Source: an uncultured Candidatus Micrarchaeota archaeon
GTDB lineage: Archaea > Micrarchaeota > Micrarchaeia > Anstonellales > Anstonellaceae
Direction of reading: 5' to 3'
Length of the DNA: 57,469 bases
Assembly: GCA_903892905.1 (NCBI GenBank)
Contig: CAITKI010000153.1
Coordinates: 1-57,469, forward strand
Below the pieces are notes generated by a model. The model was not told the origin of the DNA, searched no databases, and was given only the letters and a program-made list of their open reading frames with translations. Position 1 is the stretch's first letter. Every line of letters starts with the position of its first letter. The translations under genes were made by a program, and so were the position numbers. Shown one piece after another: positions 8,927 through 19,102 of the stretch.

Positions 8927-9634
8927 CTACTTCAACCCAAGCGCGAGGTCTATCACGCTTATGTACTGGTTGATGCTCTCGTAGTCCGTGGTGCGCCCGA
9001 TGTCCAGCCAGTAGTCAGTGAACACGTATCCGCCTATCTTCTTGCCCGACGCAAGCAGGCGCGGGAAGACATTGTTCGCAAAGTCCTCGCCCGGCTTGAT
9101 GTACTTGAATATTTCCGGCTCGAAGACGTACACGCCTGCGTTGACGTAATTCTCGACAATTGGCTTCTCGCGGAAGCGCGCGATGTTGCCGCTGGCGTCA
9201 AGGTCCGCCACGCCGTACTCGAGCGGCACGCCTTTCTTGTTGAGCGCGATGGTGGCGATGTTCCCGCTTTTCTTGTGCGCGGCAATGACTGCCGCAATGT
9301 CGAGGTTGGAAAGATGGTCGCCCATCATGACCACGAATGTGCCGTCCATTTTTTTCCCAAGGGGCAGAATGGAGCCGGCGGTGCCCATCTCGCTTCCCTC
9401 CACAGAATAGTGGAGCCTGAGCCCGAATTTGCTCCCGTCGCCGAAATGCGCCTCGATCTGCTCGTGCAGGTAGCCGACCGCGAGGTATGCGTCCGTGACA
9501 CCTGCGCGCTTGAGCGATGAGAGAACGTATTGCAGTATGGGCTTCTTGCCAAGGGGCAGCATTGGCTTTGGGATGGTGTAGGTATAGGGGCGCAATCGCG
9601 TGCCCTTGCCTCCGCAAAGTACTATGGCTTTCAT
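8927..9634 (-). CDS. Sugar-1-phosphate nucleotidyltransferase (NTP_transferase)
   Basis: LCGGKGTRLRPYT..PKPML, GTAG, NAGVYVF, WLDIG. Confidence 0.88.
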   Translation of the reverse strand: MKAIVLCGGKGTRLRPYTYTIPKPMLPLGKKPILQYVLSSLKRAGVTDAYLAVGYLHEQIEAHFGDGSKFGLRLHYSVEGSEMGTAGSILPLGKKMDGTFVVMMGDHLSNLDIAAVIAAHKKSGNIATIALNKKGVPLEYGVADLDASGNIARFREKPIVENYVNAGVYVFEPEIFKYIKPGEDFANNVFPRLLASGKKIGGYVFTDYWLDIGRTTDYESINQYISVIDLALGLK

Positions 9635-9663
9635 GTCATCACACCTGCCCTTTCCCTGCCAAG

Positions 9664-10161
9664 TCATTTAAAAGAAATCGCCTGCACGTGGAGCGCACGG
9701 AGGCCTTCAGCTGCCTTCCTGGGCAGCTTGCCCTGCACCACCACCATCATCTTGGGCTCGGGGTACAAGTCGGGGTCGTCAGTGATTATTTGCCTTATGC
9801 CCACTTTGTATTTCGCAAGCACAGCCGTGACTTTTGCAGTCAGCCCCACCGTGTTGGGGTCCGCATCAATCTCGATCACGTCGTGCCCGAAGTGCTTTGC
9901 GGCGCGGGAGACGTTCGAGATGGGGAAAAGCGAGGAGAATATCGCGAAAAGCTTGGGGTCGATGGCAATCTCGCGCGCGGTTTCTATCACCACGCGCCTG
10001 TCCACGCCAAGCGCCCTGCCCATCTTTGCCGGCGCCAGCTCAATGGCGTCGCAGTAGAGCCTTCCCTTCCCGTCCACGCGTATCCCCAGGCGGAGCATGG
10101 TGGAAACCACGCGCAGGGCAGCGCGCTTGCCGGCGAAGCGTTCCTCAAGGTATTGGAGCAT
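9664..10161 (-). CDS. ACT-domain regulator of amino-acid metabolism (COG2150-like)
   Basis: Archaeal family pattern MLRLGIRV...ALGVDRRVV...IRQIITDDP. Confidence 0.75.
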   Translation of the reverse strand: MLQYLEERFAGKRAALRVVSTMLRLGIRVDGKGRLYCDAIELAPAKMGRALGVDRRVVIETAREIAIDPKLFAIFSSLFPISNVSRAAKHFGHDVIEIDADPNTVGLTAKVTAVLAKYKVGIRQIITDDPDLYPEPKMMVVVQGKLPRKAAEGLRALHVQAISFK

Positions 10162-10226
10162 ATGTACAATATTGAACAAAAATGTTTAAAAAGGGACACC
10201 ATCATAATAAAGCACAGGTGACGCTC

Positions 10227-10454
10227 ATGGAAACCAGGAAAAAGCCAATTGAAGTGAAGGCAGAAAAGCCGCAAAACAGGGCAGGGGAACTTTCCCCCAC
10301 CACCACACTCATGCACCGGGGCACGCTGGGCGAGTGCGGCGTGTTTGGGGGCAGGGGCATGTCAGAAGGGCCGAAGACGAAGGAAAACAAAGGGGCGCAA
10401 AATGGAAAGACGCCCCTTGAGCTTTGGCGGCCAGAGCCAGAATACGGATGCTGA
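10227..10454 (+). CDS. Small hypothetical protein
   Basis: AGGTGA SD before ATG 10227, TTTAAAA upstream; no recognisable domain. Confidence 0.45.
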   Translation: METRKKPIEVKAEKPQNRAGELSPTTTLMHRGTLGECGVFGGRGMSEGPKTKENKGAQNGKTPLELWRPEPEYGC

Positions 10455-10557
10455 GAAAAAGCCAAGCGGCTTCCGCTGCCCGTGCATGGTGGTGCCGCAG
10501 CAGCAGGAAGTGAGCAGGGAATTCTTCAGGACGCCATTCACGAGCGGCTTCTGCTAG
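10402..10557 (+). CDS. Small hypothetical Cys-containing peptide
   Basis: Open frame from ATG 10402 filling the gap to glmM; overlaps the previous ORF. Confidence 0.25.
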   Translation: MERRPLSFGGQSQNTDAEKKPSGFRCPCMVVPQQQEVSREFFRTPFTSGFC

Positions 10558-10561
10558 CGCA

Positions 10562-11929
10562 TTATGCTTTTCCCACTGCCGCGCGCACGATTTCCGCGTA
10601 TTCTTTCATCAGCGAGTCTGCGCGCTTCTTTGTCTTCCCCTCTGCAAACACGCGCATGTAGTCCTCGGTGCCCGAAGCCCGCGCAATCGCCCAGCCGTCG
10701 TCAAAGTCGCAGCGCACGCCGTCCACAAGCGTGAGGCGGGCGCCGCTTCCATTCGCATGCGCCTTTGCGGCGTTGAGGCCCGCGGATTTTGCCTGGCTGC
10801 CCTTTGCCTCGATTCTCGTCTTGCTGTTGAAGTATTCCGGCAACTCCCCCACAAGCACGCTCAGTTTTTCATCGCAGGCCATTTCGCACATCTTTGCGGC
10901 TGCGAAAATGCCGTCCTTTGCAGGGGAGAAACGAGGCCAGATTATGCCGCCCACCTCCTCGCCGCCCGACACCGCGCTTGCGCCAAGTCCAAGCATTTTC
11001 TCTGACAGGTAAGGCGCGCCCACAGCAGTGTAAATTGTCTTTGCGCCAAGGGGGGCGCATGCCTCCTCCACGCACCTGCTTGTTGCCACGGTTGTCACGA
11101 CCATTTTGCCCTTCTGCTTCTTGCTTTCCCTGCATGCCTGCACTGCGGAAACCGCAAACCCCTTGTCGCCGACTATCCAGCTGCCCTTTTCATCCACGAA
11201 GACCACGCGGTCCGAGTCGCCGTCCCATGCAACCCCGAGGTCGCAGCCCTCGCCCTTCACGGCCTTGAGAAGGGATTGCACGTTGGGCTCGGATGGCTCT
11301 GAGGGGCGGCCGGGGAAATTGCCGTTGATATTTTCATTGAGCGCAAGCACTTCGCAGCCAAGTGCGGAGAAAACCTCCCGCGAAAGCGCGGAGGTGCCAT
11401 TGCCAAAGTCAAGCGCGACGCGAAGCTTGCGCTTCTTTATCTTTGATGCTTTCACGCCTGCAATTGCCGCCTTTGCATGCGCGCCTGCAGCTGCCGGGAA
11501 TGGGCGCACTGCGCCCACTGCCTGCCAGCCCGCTTGCGCGTATGTCCTTGCAAGCGCGGACTGCTCGATCAGCTCGCCCCGCTGATGGGATATTGCCACG
11601 CCGTTTGCATCCACGAACTTCAGCGCGTTCCATTCAGGCGCGTTGTGCGATGCTGTGATGATTATCAAGCCATCTGCCTTCTGGCGCGCAAGCGTGAACT
11701 CTGCAACCGGCGAGGAGGCCAAGCCTATGTCCAGCACATCCTTGCCCGATGCCATTATGCCTGAAGCCGCTGCGGAGTGGAGCATGGGGGAAGTGAGGCG
11801 CATGTCGCGCGCAAGGACGATTGCTTGCCCCTTGCACCAGGAGGCAAACGATGCGGACAGGTCAAATGCAAGCGATGGCGTGAGCATGTCCAGCCTTCCG
11901 CGCACGCCGTTGGTACCGAATAATGCCAT
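10562..11929 (-). CDS. glmM: Phosphoglucosamine mutase / phosphomannomutase
   Basis: LFGTNGVRG, TASHN, DGDSDR, RASGTE. Confidence 0.88.
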   Translation of the reverse strand: MALFGTNGVRGRLDMLTPSLAFDLSASFASWCKGQAIVLARDMRLTSPMLHSAAASGIMASGKDVLDIGLASSPVAEFTLARQKADGLIIITASHNAPEWNALKFVDANGVAISHQRGELIEQSALARTYAQAGWQAVGAVRPFPAAAGAHAKAAIAGVKASKIKKRKLRVALDFGNGTSALSREVFSALGCEVLALNENINGNFPGRPSEPSEPNVQSLLKAVKGEGCDLGVAWDGDSDRVVFVDEKGSWIVGDKGFAVSAVQACRESKKQKGKMVVTTVATSRCVEEACAPLGAKTIYTAVGAPYLSEKMLGLGASAVSGGEEVGGIIWPRFSPAKDGIFAAAKMCEMACDEKLSVLVGELPEYFNSKTRIEAKGSQAKSAGLNAAKAHANGSGARLTLVDGVRCDFDDGWAIARASGTEDYMRVFAEGKTKKRADSLMKEYAEIVRAAVGKA

Positions 11930-12066
11930 GGAAACCCCAGCCATTCTTTTCATCAGCATAATATTCGGCGGTGAGATTAATAAGCCGTAACCGTAAGGGC
12001 AAATGCAAAGGCCATGCCTTCCGATTGCCTGGTTTCCAGGCATTTCAAAAGTATATCCCGACCTCT

Positions 12067-12410
12067 TCACTGGCGCGTTATCTCCCAATGCCTGCCCTTA
12101 TCGGGACCAACACGGCGGATCAGGCCTTTCTTCCTAAGATTGTTGAGGTGGAATTTGACTCCGTCCTCAGTCAATCCGAACAGGATTGCAAGCTCCCTCC
12201 TTGTGATTTCTGGGTAGTTGCTTGGTAGCTGCCAGGCAGTTCCCCCGCACCGCCGTGTGGCGTGTTGTCCTTTTTGCGCCTAAAAACCGTGATGAACTGC
12301 CTTCCCACTTCCTTGAATGACGCAGATGGTTCCTTTGAAAGTATCAGCTTGATGCCGCGCCCCCACTCTTCAATATAGCCTGCATAATAGAAAACACGGG
12401 CAATTGCCGG
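12067..12410 (-). pseudogene. Frameshifted 3' remnant of a RecG-C/HATPase_c_4 + winged-helix protein
   Basis: One frame gives IARVFYYAGYIEEWGRGI; a different frame gives PEITRRELAILFGLTEDGVKFHLNNLRKKGLIRRVGPDKGRHWEI*. The N-terminus is missing. Confidence 0.7.
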
Positions 12411-12418
12411 TTTCCAGT

Positions 12419-13165
12419 TCAATGTGCGCTTCCAAGCAATACGCCAGTTTCCTTGAATTTCTGAGCGTATTTCGGATAAAGGCCTGCAAAGTCCGCGTCT
12501 TTTTCATATCTCCGCACTATCGTGTCGATCCCTGCAAGATATTTGTCAAGGTGCGACCCCTTGAGAAAATGCGCGAGCTTTTCGGAAGACACGTCCTTTT
12601 GGGACAGTGAAAGGATATCGAAGGCATCTTTCCACACCTTGGAGCGCAGGTATGCCGCCCGCTCGCCCATCGCGCCGCCCAGCAAGTTGCTTCTTCCGAG
12701 TATTGCGCCCATCTTGTATGTGAGAAGAAGCTCTATTTCCGGGACATATATCTCCACGCCTTTCAGCTTATGCTTCACGCTGTGCTTTTCAGCCCACGCC
12801 CAGGGTATGCGCGCATCCGTCCCGCTCACCTCAATTATCCTTTTGCCGGAAGCGGCATCGATTATTATCTCTATTTTCTGCCCCTTCACCATCACTTCCT
12901 TGTAATACTCCTTTTGAAAAAAATCGCGCCTGCGCTCAGCGTAGCCTTCACGATGGAAATAATCCGCGAGGACTTTCGACATCACCGCTTCGTTCGGAAA
13001 AATAACGTCTATGTCTTTCGAGCCAAAGCCATTGACGTATGCGTATGCCGCCCAGCCGCCAACGATTACAGGGGTATGCCCGACCCTCTCATTCATCCAT
13101 TTTGCAAAATTGACAAGCTCGTCCAGGCTGGCATCGGTGATTGCCTTGTCGTAAAGCTCTTTCAT
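12419..13165 (-). CDS. Pol-beta-family nucleotidyltransferase, AbiEii-like toxin
   Basis: VIVGGWA...SKDIDV and KDAFDI motifs; ATGA overlap with the upstream HTH gene. Confidence 0.7.
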   Translation of the reverse strand: MKELYDKAITDASLDELVNFAKWMNERVGHTPVIVGGWAAYAYVNGFGSKDIDVIFPNEAVMSKVLADYFHREGYAERRRDFFQKEYYKEVMVKGQKIEIIIDAASGKRIIEVSGTDARIPWAWAEKHSVKHKLKGVEIYVPEIELLLTYKMGAILGRSNLLGGAMGERAAYLRSKVWKDAFDILSLSQKDVSSEKLAHFLKGSHLDKYLAGIDTIVRRYEKDADFAGLYPKYAQKFKETGVLLGSAH

Positions 13166-13749
13166 TTCGCCCACCGTTTCCTTATCATATGCTCCGCCGC
13201 ATATGCCTTGTTGCTGCAAAGAAGGTCGATTGTTGTGCGGAGGGAAGTCGTGAGCAGGAAGCCCTTTTTCGTTTCTGTATCTTTTTCAAGCGGGATATCG
13301 GGGGAATAAAGTGTTATGCTGGTGAGGCCGCCCGGATAGCGGCCCAGCCCTTTTTTCAATTCCCCGCTTCCGGAATATGCGTGGATGGATGGGTCGCGGA
13401 TATAGGAATCGTAATATTGGGACGCGGAAGTGAGGCACAGCACCGCCCGGTGTTTTTTCAGAAGGGCGGAAAGCTCCTGTTCGGGAATGTCAAGCCTATA
13501 TGTTGCGGTTGCCAAATTCTCCATTTTCCTGTAAAGCGGGAAAGTGGCAAGGAGCGCCGCGGGCATGATAAGCTCATAGCCCGAAGCGGCTTTTGCAACA
13601 TAGCCAAGCCCAATGAGCCATTTTGCCAGCCTGTTCACCATGCCTATGGAAACGCCGGTTTCCCTGCTGACTTCAAGCTGGTTGAATGCTCCTTTTTCCA
13701 GAATGTAGCGCACTGCGACGTATGCCTTTTTGCTTGTTATTTTTACCAT
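13162..13749 (-). CDS. Winged-HTH protein, AbiEi-like antitoxin
   Basis: N-terminal HTH (QLEVSRETGVSIGMVNRLAKWL); C-terminal TSLRTTIDLL resembles AbiEi-type C domains; translationally coupled to the NTase. Confidence 0.65.
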   Translation of the reverse strand: MVKITSKKAYVAVRYILEKGAFNQLEVSRETGVSIGMVNRLAKWLIGLGYVAKAASGYELIMPAALLATFPLYRKMENLATATYRLDIPEQELSALLKKHRAVLCLTSASQYYDSYIRDPSIHAYSGSGELKKGLGRYPGGLTSITLYSPDIPLEKDTETKKGFLLTTSLRTTIDLLCSNKAYAAEHMIRKRWAK

Positions 13750-13757
13750 AATATCAC

Positions 13758-13796
13758 TTTCACTTTTTAGTGAAACTTTCATCATTTAGTGAAAGT
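13758..13796. promoter_or_regulatory. Two tandem inverted repeats, putative AbiEi operator
   Basis: TTTCACT-tttt-AGTGAAA and ACTTTCA-N8-TGAAAGT between the TATA box (about 13799-13806) and the start codon. Confidence 0.6.
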
Positions 13797-13947
13797 AACT
13801 TTATATGCCTTTCGGGTAGGGAAAAATTCCGCGATTTTGGCTTAAAAACATTCGTAGGGCAGGATTCCAGTGCTTCCAGCGATATTCTGGCACTATTTTC
13901 CCCAAGGCAACCGCATGTTCATGAAATAGGCTTCACATCTGAGAGGA

Positions 13948-15642
13948 TTAATTGCCCTTTTTCTCCTCAACGCCCATCAGGGCGATTTTCTCGGCAATCT
14001 TGACAAGCGCAGGGGGAAGGAACGCCTTTTTCGCAACCGAGCGCAGCAGGCTCACGTCCTCCTGCTTGAAGGTGCGAAGCAGGAGGGCCACTGCCCCGAA
14101 TATCGCAAGTCCGATGCAGCCCATCACGCCAAGCACTGCCAGGTAGGCGAATTTTGACGAGTAGACGGCAAGCTCGCCCGAGCCGATTGATGGCACGGCT
14201 GAGACCATGATGGGGGCGAGGGGCTTGAGGAGCATGATTGCCGCAAAGGCGACCGCGCCTGCAATGAAGAGCTTGTACACCCCGCGCGGCGTGCGGTAGT
14301 CCAGGTATTGCCTTCCATAGCGCTCAAACATCAGCGCTGAAAGAAGGAACGCCACTGCAGATGCCGCCGATGCGCCCTCCATGCCAAAGTAGGGGATGAG
14401 GAGGATGTTGAGCGCCACGTTTGCAATTGCGCATGCGATTGCCACGTAAAGCTCAAGCTTCACCAGGCGCATGCCCGCAAGCGCGAGGGACATCGGGTAT
14501 GCAATTGTGGAGAACAGCAGGCCCAGGATGAAAATCGACATCGCGTTTGCGCCGGGGCGGTAGGCGCTTCCGTAGAAGACAGAGAGCATCTCGCCTGCGA
14601 ATGCCATGGTGGCAAGCGCTATTGGGATGGTGACGAAAAGTATCCAGCGCTGGGAGGTCTGCATCACCTTGCGCATGGTGGCATGGTCGTCCTTGCCGGC
14701 AAGCCGGGAAATCACCGGGAGGAAAATGCTCCCCACTGCGCTTGGGAAAACCATGATGGTCAGCGCAAGCTGCGATGCTATGGAGTAGATTGCAACCGTC
14801 TCGATGGAATTGGCCGAGTTGCCGAAATATCCCAATAGGGCGCGGTCTGTGGAGGACACCAGCACCCAGAAAGACTGGACAATGGTGAGGGTTATCCCGA
14901 AAGGCAGCACTTCGTGCAATATCTCAGAGGTGCTCATTTTCTCGCCTGATGAGGGCAGGGTGGGCACGCTGCGCAGCAGCATGGGAATGCTCAGCAGGAA
15001 CACTGCGGCATACGCCAGTATGAAGGCTGCGGACAGCGTGAAAAGCGTGGCGCCGAACACGGAAAAGAGAGCGACGGTGAGGACTAGCTTGATGATGTTT
15101 TGCATGTTGTTCAGGAACTGGTTGGACTTGATGTCGCCCCTTCCCTGGAGGAAGCTGGTGGAGACGCTGAACAGGTTTTCAAAAAGCACATATGCCGCAA
15201 GCAGGCGCAGGCAATCTGCAAGCCCGGGGCTTTGGTAGATTGCGCCAATGGGGTCTGCGAGGAGGAATATCAATGCAAACAGCAGGAAGCCGAGGAGCGC
15301 ATTTGCCGCAAGGCTTATCTTAAGGAGCGAGATTGCCTTGCCCCCCTGTTTCTTTGACTCGAAATACGGCACATAGCGCTGGAGGGCGGCAGGAAGCCCC
15401 AGGTTGCGCCAGAAGCCAATGAGGCCTATCACCGAGATTGAAAGGTAGAACAGGCCCACGTTCTCCTGCGAGAATGCGCGCGCAACGTAGATTGCATATG
15501 CGAACGAGACGACCTTGAGCGCGATGGTGCCGACAAGGCCCCAGAAGCTGCCCCACGCCACCTCGTTGTGGTGCACTGCGGCCTCGTCAAGGGTGCCAGG
15601 CTCGCCTGCCTTGGCTTGTGCTGCTGCGTTATCGCCTGCCAT
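13948..15642 (-). CDS. MOP-family oligosaccharide flippase (Wzx/AglR-like)
   Basis: About 14 TM helices; LGLPAALQRYVP, TDRALLGY, NVALNILLIPYFGMEGAS. Confidence 0.88.
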   Translation of the reverse strand: MAGDNAAAQAKAGEPGTLDEAAVHHNEVAWGSFWGLVGTIALKVVSFAYAIYVARAFSQENVGLFYLSISVIGLIGFWRNLGLPAALQRYVPYFESKKQGGKAISLLKISLAANALLGFLLFALIFLLADPIGAIYQSPGLADCLRLLAAYVLFENLFSVSTSFLQGRGDIKSNQFLNNMQNIIKLVLTVALFSVFGATLFTLSAAFILAYAAVFLLSIPMLLRSVPTLPSSGEKMSTSEILHEVLPFGITLTIVQSFWVLVSSTDRALLGYFGNSANSIETVAIYSIASQLALTIMVFPSAVGSIFLPVISRLAGKDDHATMRKVMQTSQRWILFVTIPIALATMAFAGEMLSVFYGSAYRPGANAMSIFILGLLFSTIAYPMSLALAGMRLVKLELYVAIACAIANVALNILLIPYFGMEGASAASAVAFLLSALMFERYGRQYLDYRTPRGVYKLFIAGAVAFAAIMLLKPLAPIMVSAVPSIGSGELAVYSSKFAYLAVLGVMGCIGLAIFGAVALLLRTFKQEDVSLLRSVAKKAFLPPALVKIAEKIALMGVEEKKGN

Positions 15643-15694
15643 GGCTTTTGAATGGGCGGGATACTTATAAAATGGTATTTGGAGAGAAACTTGC

Positions 15695-16420
15695 ATGGAG
15701 CCATATTCATCGGAGCTGACCGCAGTTGTGCTTGCAGGGGGCCTGGGCACGAGGCTGCGCCCCATCACCGAGAAGGTGCCAAAGCCATTGGTGCCTGTAA
15801 AGGGCAGGCCGTTCCTGGATTATTTGCTGGAAAAAATCGCGCGCATGGGAGTGAAAAAATGCGTGCTTTTGGTGGGCTACAAGGGGAAGATGATTGAGGA
15901 TTACTGCGGGGACGGAAAAAGATGGGGGCTGAAGATCGCATACTCGCATGAAAAGGAGCAGCTGGGCACGGGCGGCGCGCTGGTGAATGCTGTAACGCAC
16001 CTGAAAGGCGCCGCGCTGGTGCTCAACGGGGACAGCTACCTGGACATTGACGCGCGCGCATTCTATGCCTTCCACTGCAAGCGCAATGCTCAGGCGACAG
16101 TGTATGCCATGCCGGGCACGTTGGAAGCGCGGGGAGAGGTGGTTGCCGACGAGGCCGGCTGCGTGTCCTCATTCCGCGAAAAGCAGAGGAGCGGCTTTGG
16201 GCTTTTCAACACAGGCGCATATATAATCGAGAAGCAGGCAGCGGAGTTCCTTGCGCAGCAGGTGAAGGAGAAGAAGCTTCCGCCCGCATTTTCCATGGAG
16301 CATGACGGCTTCCCGCTTTTTGTGGAGAAGGGGTGGCTGTTTGCCTATGTTGGCGCCGGGAAGTTTTTGGACATCGGCACCTTCAAGTCCTTGGAAGAGG
16401 CAGGGGAAGTCCTCCCGTAG
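15695..16420 (+). CDS. hddC: Nucleotidyltransferase, probable D-glycero-alpha-D-manno-heptose-1-phosphate guanylyltransferase
   Basis: LAGGLGTRLR..PKPL..GRPFL, LGTGGAL, NGDSY, FLDIG; clustered with gmhA and hddA. Confidence 0.7.
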   Translation: MEPYSSELTAVVLAGGLGTRLRPITEKVPKPLVPVKGRPFLDYLLEKIARMGVKKCVLLVGYKGKMIEDYCGDGKRWGLKIAYSHEKEQLGTGGALVNAVTHLKGAALVLNGDSYLDIDARAFYAFHCKRNAQATVYAMPGTLEARGEVVADEAGCVSSFREKQRSGFGLFNTGAYIIEKQAAEFLAQQVKEKKLPPAFSMEHDGFPLFVEKGWLFAYVGAGKFLDIGTFKSLEEAGEVLP

Positions 16421-16431
16421 GGCGCACAAGC

Positions 16432-17430
16432 TCAGGCCAACTCTGAATAGATTGCAGCCGTTTTTTGCGCCACGCTTTCCCATGAGTATTTTGCCGCCCT
16501 TTTCCTTGCCTCGCGCAGCTCAGGCTGCAAGTCTGATTTTTCAAGCTCGCCTATCTTTTCCTGTATGCTTCCCGACAGGATGTATCGCCCGGGCTTGTCA
16601 AAAAGCTCGGAGAGCGTGGCTTTCACCTCGCCCACGTCATTGGAGAGGAACGGGCGCTCCATTGCGATAGACTCGAGAAGCGTAAGGGGGAAGCCTTCGT
16701 ATTTCGAAGGGAGGATGACATAGCGGCATCGCTCATACTGATATGGCATCTTGCCAAATTCGCATTCAACGAACTCAGCCTGCCTGCCCATCTGCCTTGC
16801 CTGCGCTTCAAGCTTTGCGCGCGTGCTGCCTTCGTTTGGGCCTATGAAAAGAAGCGGGAGGGAGGAGCACTCCATCATGCGCTGCACGCCCTTGTCTGGG
16901 TCCAGCCTGCCGACATAGCATGCGCACGAGGCTTGCTTGTAGCTGCTGCTTGGCTTGAAGAAAGACAGGTCAATGCCGTTTGGAAGCACGGCAATTGGCT
17001 TGCGTGTTTCCTTTTTCAGGAGAGGGAGAATGTCGGATGAAACGCTGATTATCTTGCTTGCGCGCCAGAAGATGAAGGGTGCCATGAGGTAGCGGTAGAC
17101 GTAGTAAAATAACCTGCGCGCCCCGCTGATGCGCGGATAGCCGTGAATTGTCCATACCAATGGCTTCCTCCGCAGCAGGGAAATGAGCGCGCCGAAAAAC
17201 GAGTAGAAGTTGCCATAGCCATGCACGTGCATGATGTCAAAATCCGCGCGCAGCGCGGAGAAAAATTCGCCAACCGGAAAGCGGAGCGAAGAGAAAAGCG
17301 GAAGGGACGCGCCCTTGCCGCCTATCACCTGCGCCTTCACGCCTGATGGGAGGGCGCGCGTGAGGCTGAGCACGTGGTTGGCAATTCCGTTCCTTTCGCC
17401 ATAGGTGTGCACGAAATATAGGACCTGCAT
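16432..17430 (-). CDS. GT4 glycosyltransferase
   Basis: PNGID, VGRL..DKG, PSKYEGFPLTLLES. Confidence 0.9.
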   Translation of the reverse strand: MQVLYFVHTYGERNGIANHVLSLTRALPSGVKAQVIGGKGASLPLFSSLRFPVGEFFSALRADFDIMHVHGYGNFYSFFGALISLLRRKPLVWTIHGYPRISGARRLFYYVYRYLMAPFIFWRASKIISVSSDILPLLKKETRKPIAVLPNGIDLSFFKPSSSYKQASCACYVGRLDPDKGVQRMMECSSLPLLFIGPNEGSTRAKLEAQARQMGRQAEFVECEFGKMPYQYERCRYVILPSKYEGFPLTLLESIAMERPFLSNDVGEVKATLSELFDKPGRYILSGSIQEKIGELEKSDLQPELREARKRAAKYSWESVAQKTAAIYSELA

Positions 17431-17439
17431 GTTGGCACT

Positions 17440-18018
17440 TCAGTTGGAAAACTCGTTTTCCACCATTTCGCAGATTGCATGGATGAGAAGGATGTGCATT
17501 TCCTGGATGCGCGGCGTCACGTCTGATGGCGCCTTGAGGACAATGTCTGCCGCGCCGTCAAGCTTGCATGCTTTTGCGCCCACCAGCGCAGCGGTGAATG
17601 CGCCGCGCGCACGCGCTGCATTGATTGCCAGAACCACATTTGGCGAATTGCCGCTTGTGGAAATGCCCACTACCACGTCGCCTTTTGCCGCAAGCGCCTC
17701 CACCTGGCGCGCAAACGTGTGCTCGTAGCCATAATCGTTGCCAATCGCAGTGAGGGCGGAAGTGTTCACGGAAAGGGCGATTGCGGGAAGCGCGCGCCTC
17801 TCTTTTATGTACCTGCCGACAAACTCGGCAGCCATGTGCTGCGCGTCTGCTGCAGAGCCGCCGTTTCCGAAAACAAGTAGCTTGCCCCCGTTCTTGAATG
17901 AGTGGGTTATCTTCGCAGCAAGCTTTTCCACAGAGGAATGGAGCGCGGAATCAGACTGCAGCTTTTTTGCAGCCTCGATATGCTCCGATGCGCGCCTGCT
18001 CAATAGGTTGTCCGCCAT
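17440..18018 (-). CDS. gmhA: Phosphoheptose (sedoheptulose-7-phosphate) isomerase
   Basis: [34 protein letters not shown]. Confidence 0.93.
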   Translation of the reverse strand: MADNLLSRRASEHIEAAKKLQSDSALHSSVEKLAAKITHSFKNGGKLLVFGNGGSAADAQHMAAEFVGRYIKERRALPAIALSVNTSALTAIGNDYGYEHTFARQVEALAAKGDVVVGISTSGNSPNVVLAINAARARGAFTAALVGAKACKLDGAADIVLKAPSDVTPRIQEMHILLIHAICEMVENEFSN

Positions 18019-19037
18019 GAAACCATCCCCTCGAAATCAAAATCAAAGTTCACCAGGTGGGCGCCGTTCTTCGCCATGGCATTCATTATGCGCTTGCGGT
18101 CAGCAACGTCAGACACCACGAACAGGAAGCCCCCTCCGCCTGCGCCTGAGAGCTTGCCGCCGTACGCGCCGTTTTCCTTTGCTACGTCGTAAAGCTTCTC
18201 GATTTCAGGGGAGGAAACGCCGGGCAGGCGTTTTTTCTCAAGCCAGGACAGATGCAATAATTCACCCATCGTCTTGGTGTCCCCGCAGATAAGCGCATCG
18301 CGCATGCCATATGAATAGTCGCGTATTTTCTTCAGGTATTCCACGCTCTCCCCGCCTGCGCGCACGTCGTCCTCCTTTTTCCTTTCGATGTCGTGCGCGT
18401 CGCCCTGCCTCTTGTGCGGGGTCTCGAAAAGCATCATGGACGAGTGCCATTCTGCCACCAGGTCCTCCTCAAGGCGCAGGGGGTAGATGTTCATGCCGTC
18501 CTTCCGGAATTCCATGAAATTGAAGCCTCCGAACACCGCGGCATACTGGTCCTGGTAGCCGCCGGGCCTGCGGAGCATCAGGCGCTCCGCCCCATAGGCC
18601 GCGTTGGCAAAGCTGACACGGTCCATCATGGGCTTGCCGGATGCGTTTGACATTGCTGCGAGAAGCGAAACCAGCAGGGCGGACGAGCCTGCAAGCCCGG
18701 AGTTTTTCGGGCTCATGGAATGGATGATGAGCTCATAGCCCGCCTTGGGGGATAGGTTGGCAGTCTGCATTGCGGCTTTTACCACATCCACATTGTCGCG
18801 GGTGTTGGAGCCGAATTCCAAGTCTGTGCTGTCAATGTCGCGCGTGATGCCCCAGTCATGGGAGACTATGCGAGTATTGCCAGCCCCGTTAGGGGTCATC
18901 TTGGTGTATGAGTAGAGGTTTATCGCCACGTTGAGCACTGCGCCCCCGTGAAGCTCGAAGAAAGATGGAAGGTCGCTCCCCCCTCCGCCTATGCCGATGC
19001 GGGAGGGCGCGCGCGCCTTTATAGCAACTTTTTCCAT
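18000..19037 (-). CDS. hddA: GHMP kinase, D-glycero-alpha-D-manno-heptose-7-phosphate kinase
   Basis: [46 protein letters not shown]. Confidence 0.85.
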   Translation of the reverse strand: MEKVAIKARAPSRIGIGGGGSDLPSFFELHGGAVLNVAINLYSYTKMTPNGAGNTRIVSHDWGITRDIDSTDLEFGSNTRDNVDVVKAAMQTANLSPKAGYELIIHSMSPKNSGLAGSSALLVSLLAAMSNASGKPMMDRVSFANAAYGAERLMLRRPGGYQDQYAAVFGGFNFMEFRKDGMNIYPLRLEEDLVAEWHSSMMLFETPHKRQGDAHDIERKKEDDVRAGGESVEYLKKIRDYSYGMRDALICGDTKTMGELLHLSWLEKKRLPGVSSPEIEKLYDVAKENGAYGGKLSGAGGGGFLFVVSDVADRKRIMNAMAKNGAHLVNFDFDFEGMVSWRTTY

Positions 19038-19102
19038 GCTGAAGATAACAGATAAAGCCTTTTTATAGGTTCAGTATGCAAATAAGTTCGGGAGGGAATG
19101 AC

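Noticed and set aside
11930..12088. N-terminal extension of glmM in the ORF track
   Set aside because: The family start is MALFGT at 11929; the extension crosses non-coding and pseudogene sequence.
13819..13902. Degenerate multibranch hairpin starting GGGAAAAATTCCG
   Set aside because: Similar left end to the insertion family, but the helices are short and imperfect and no clear direct repeat was found.
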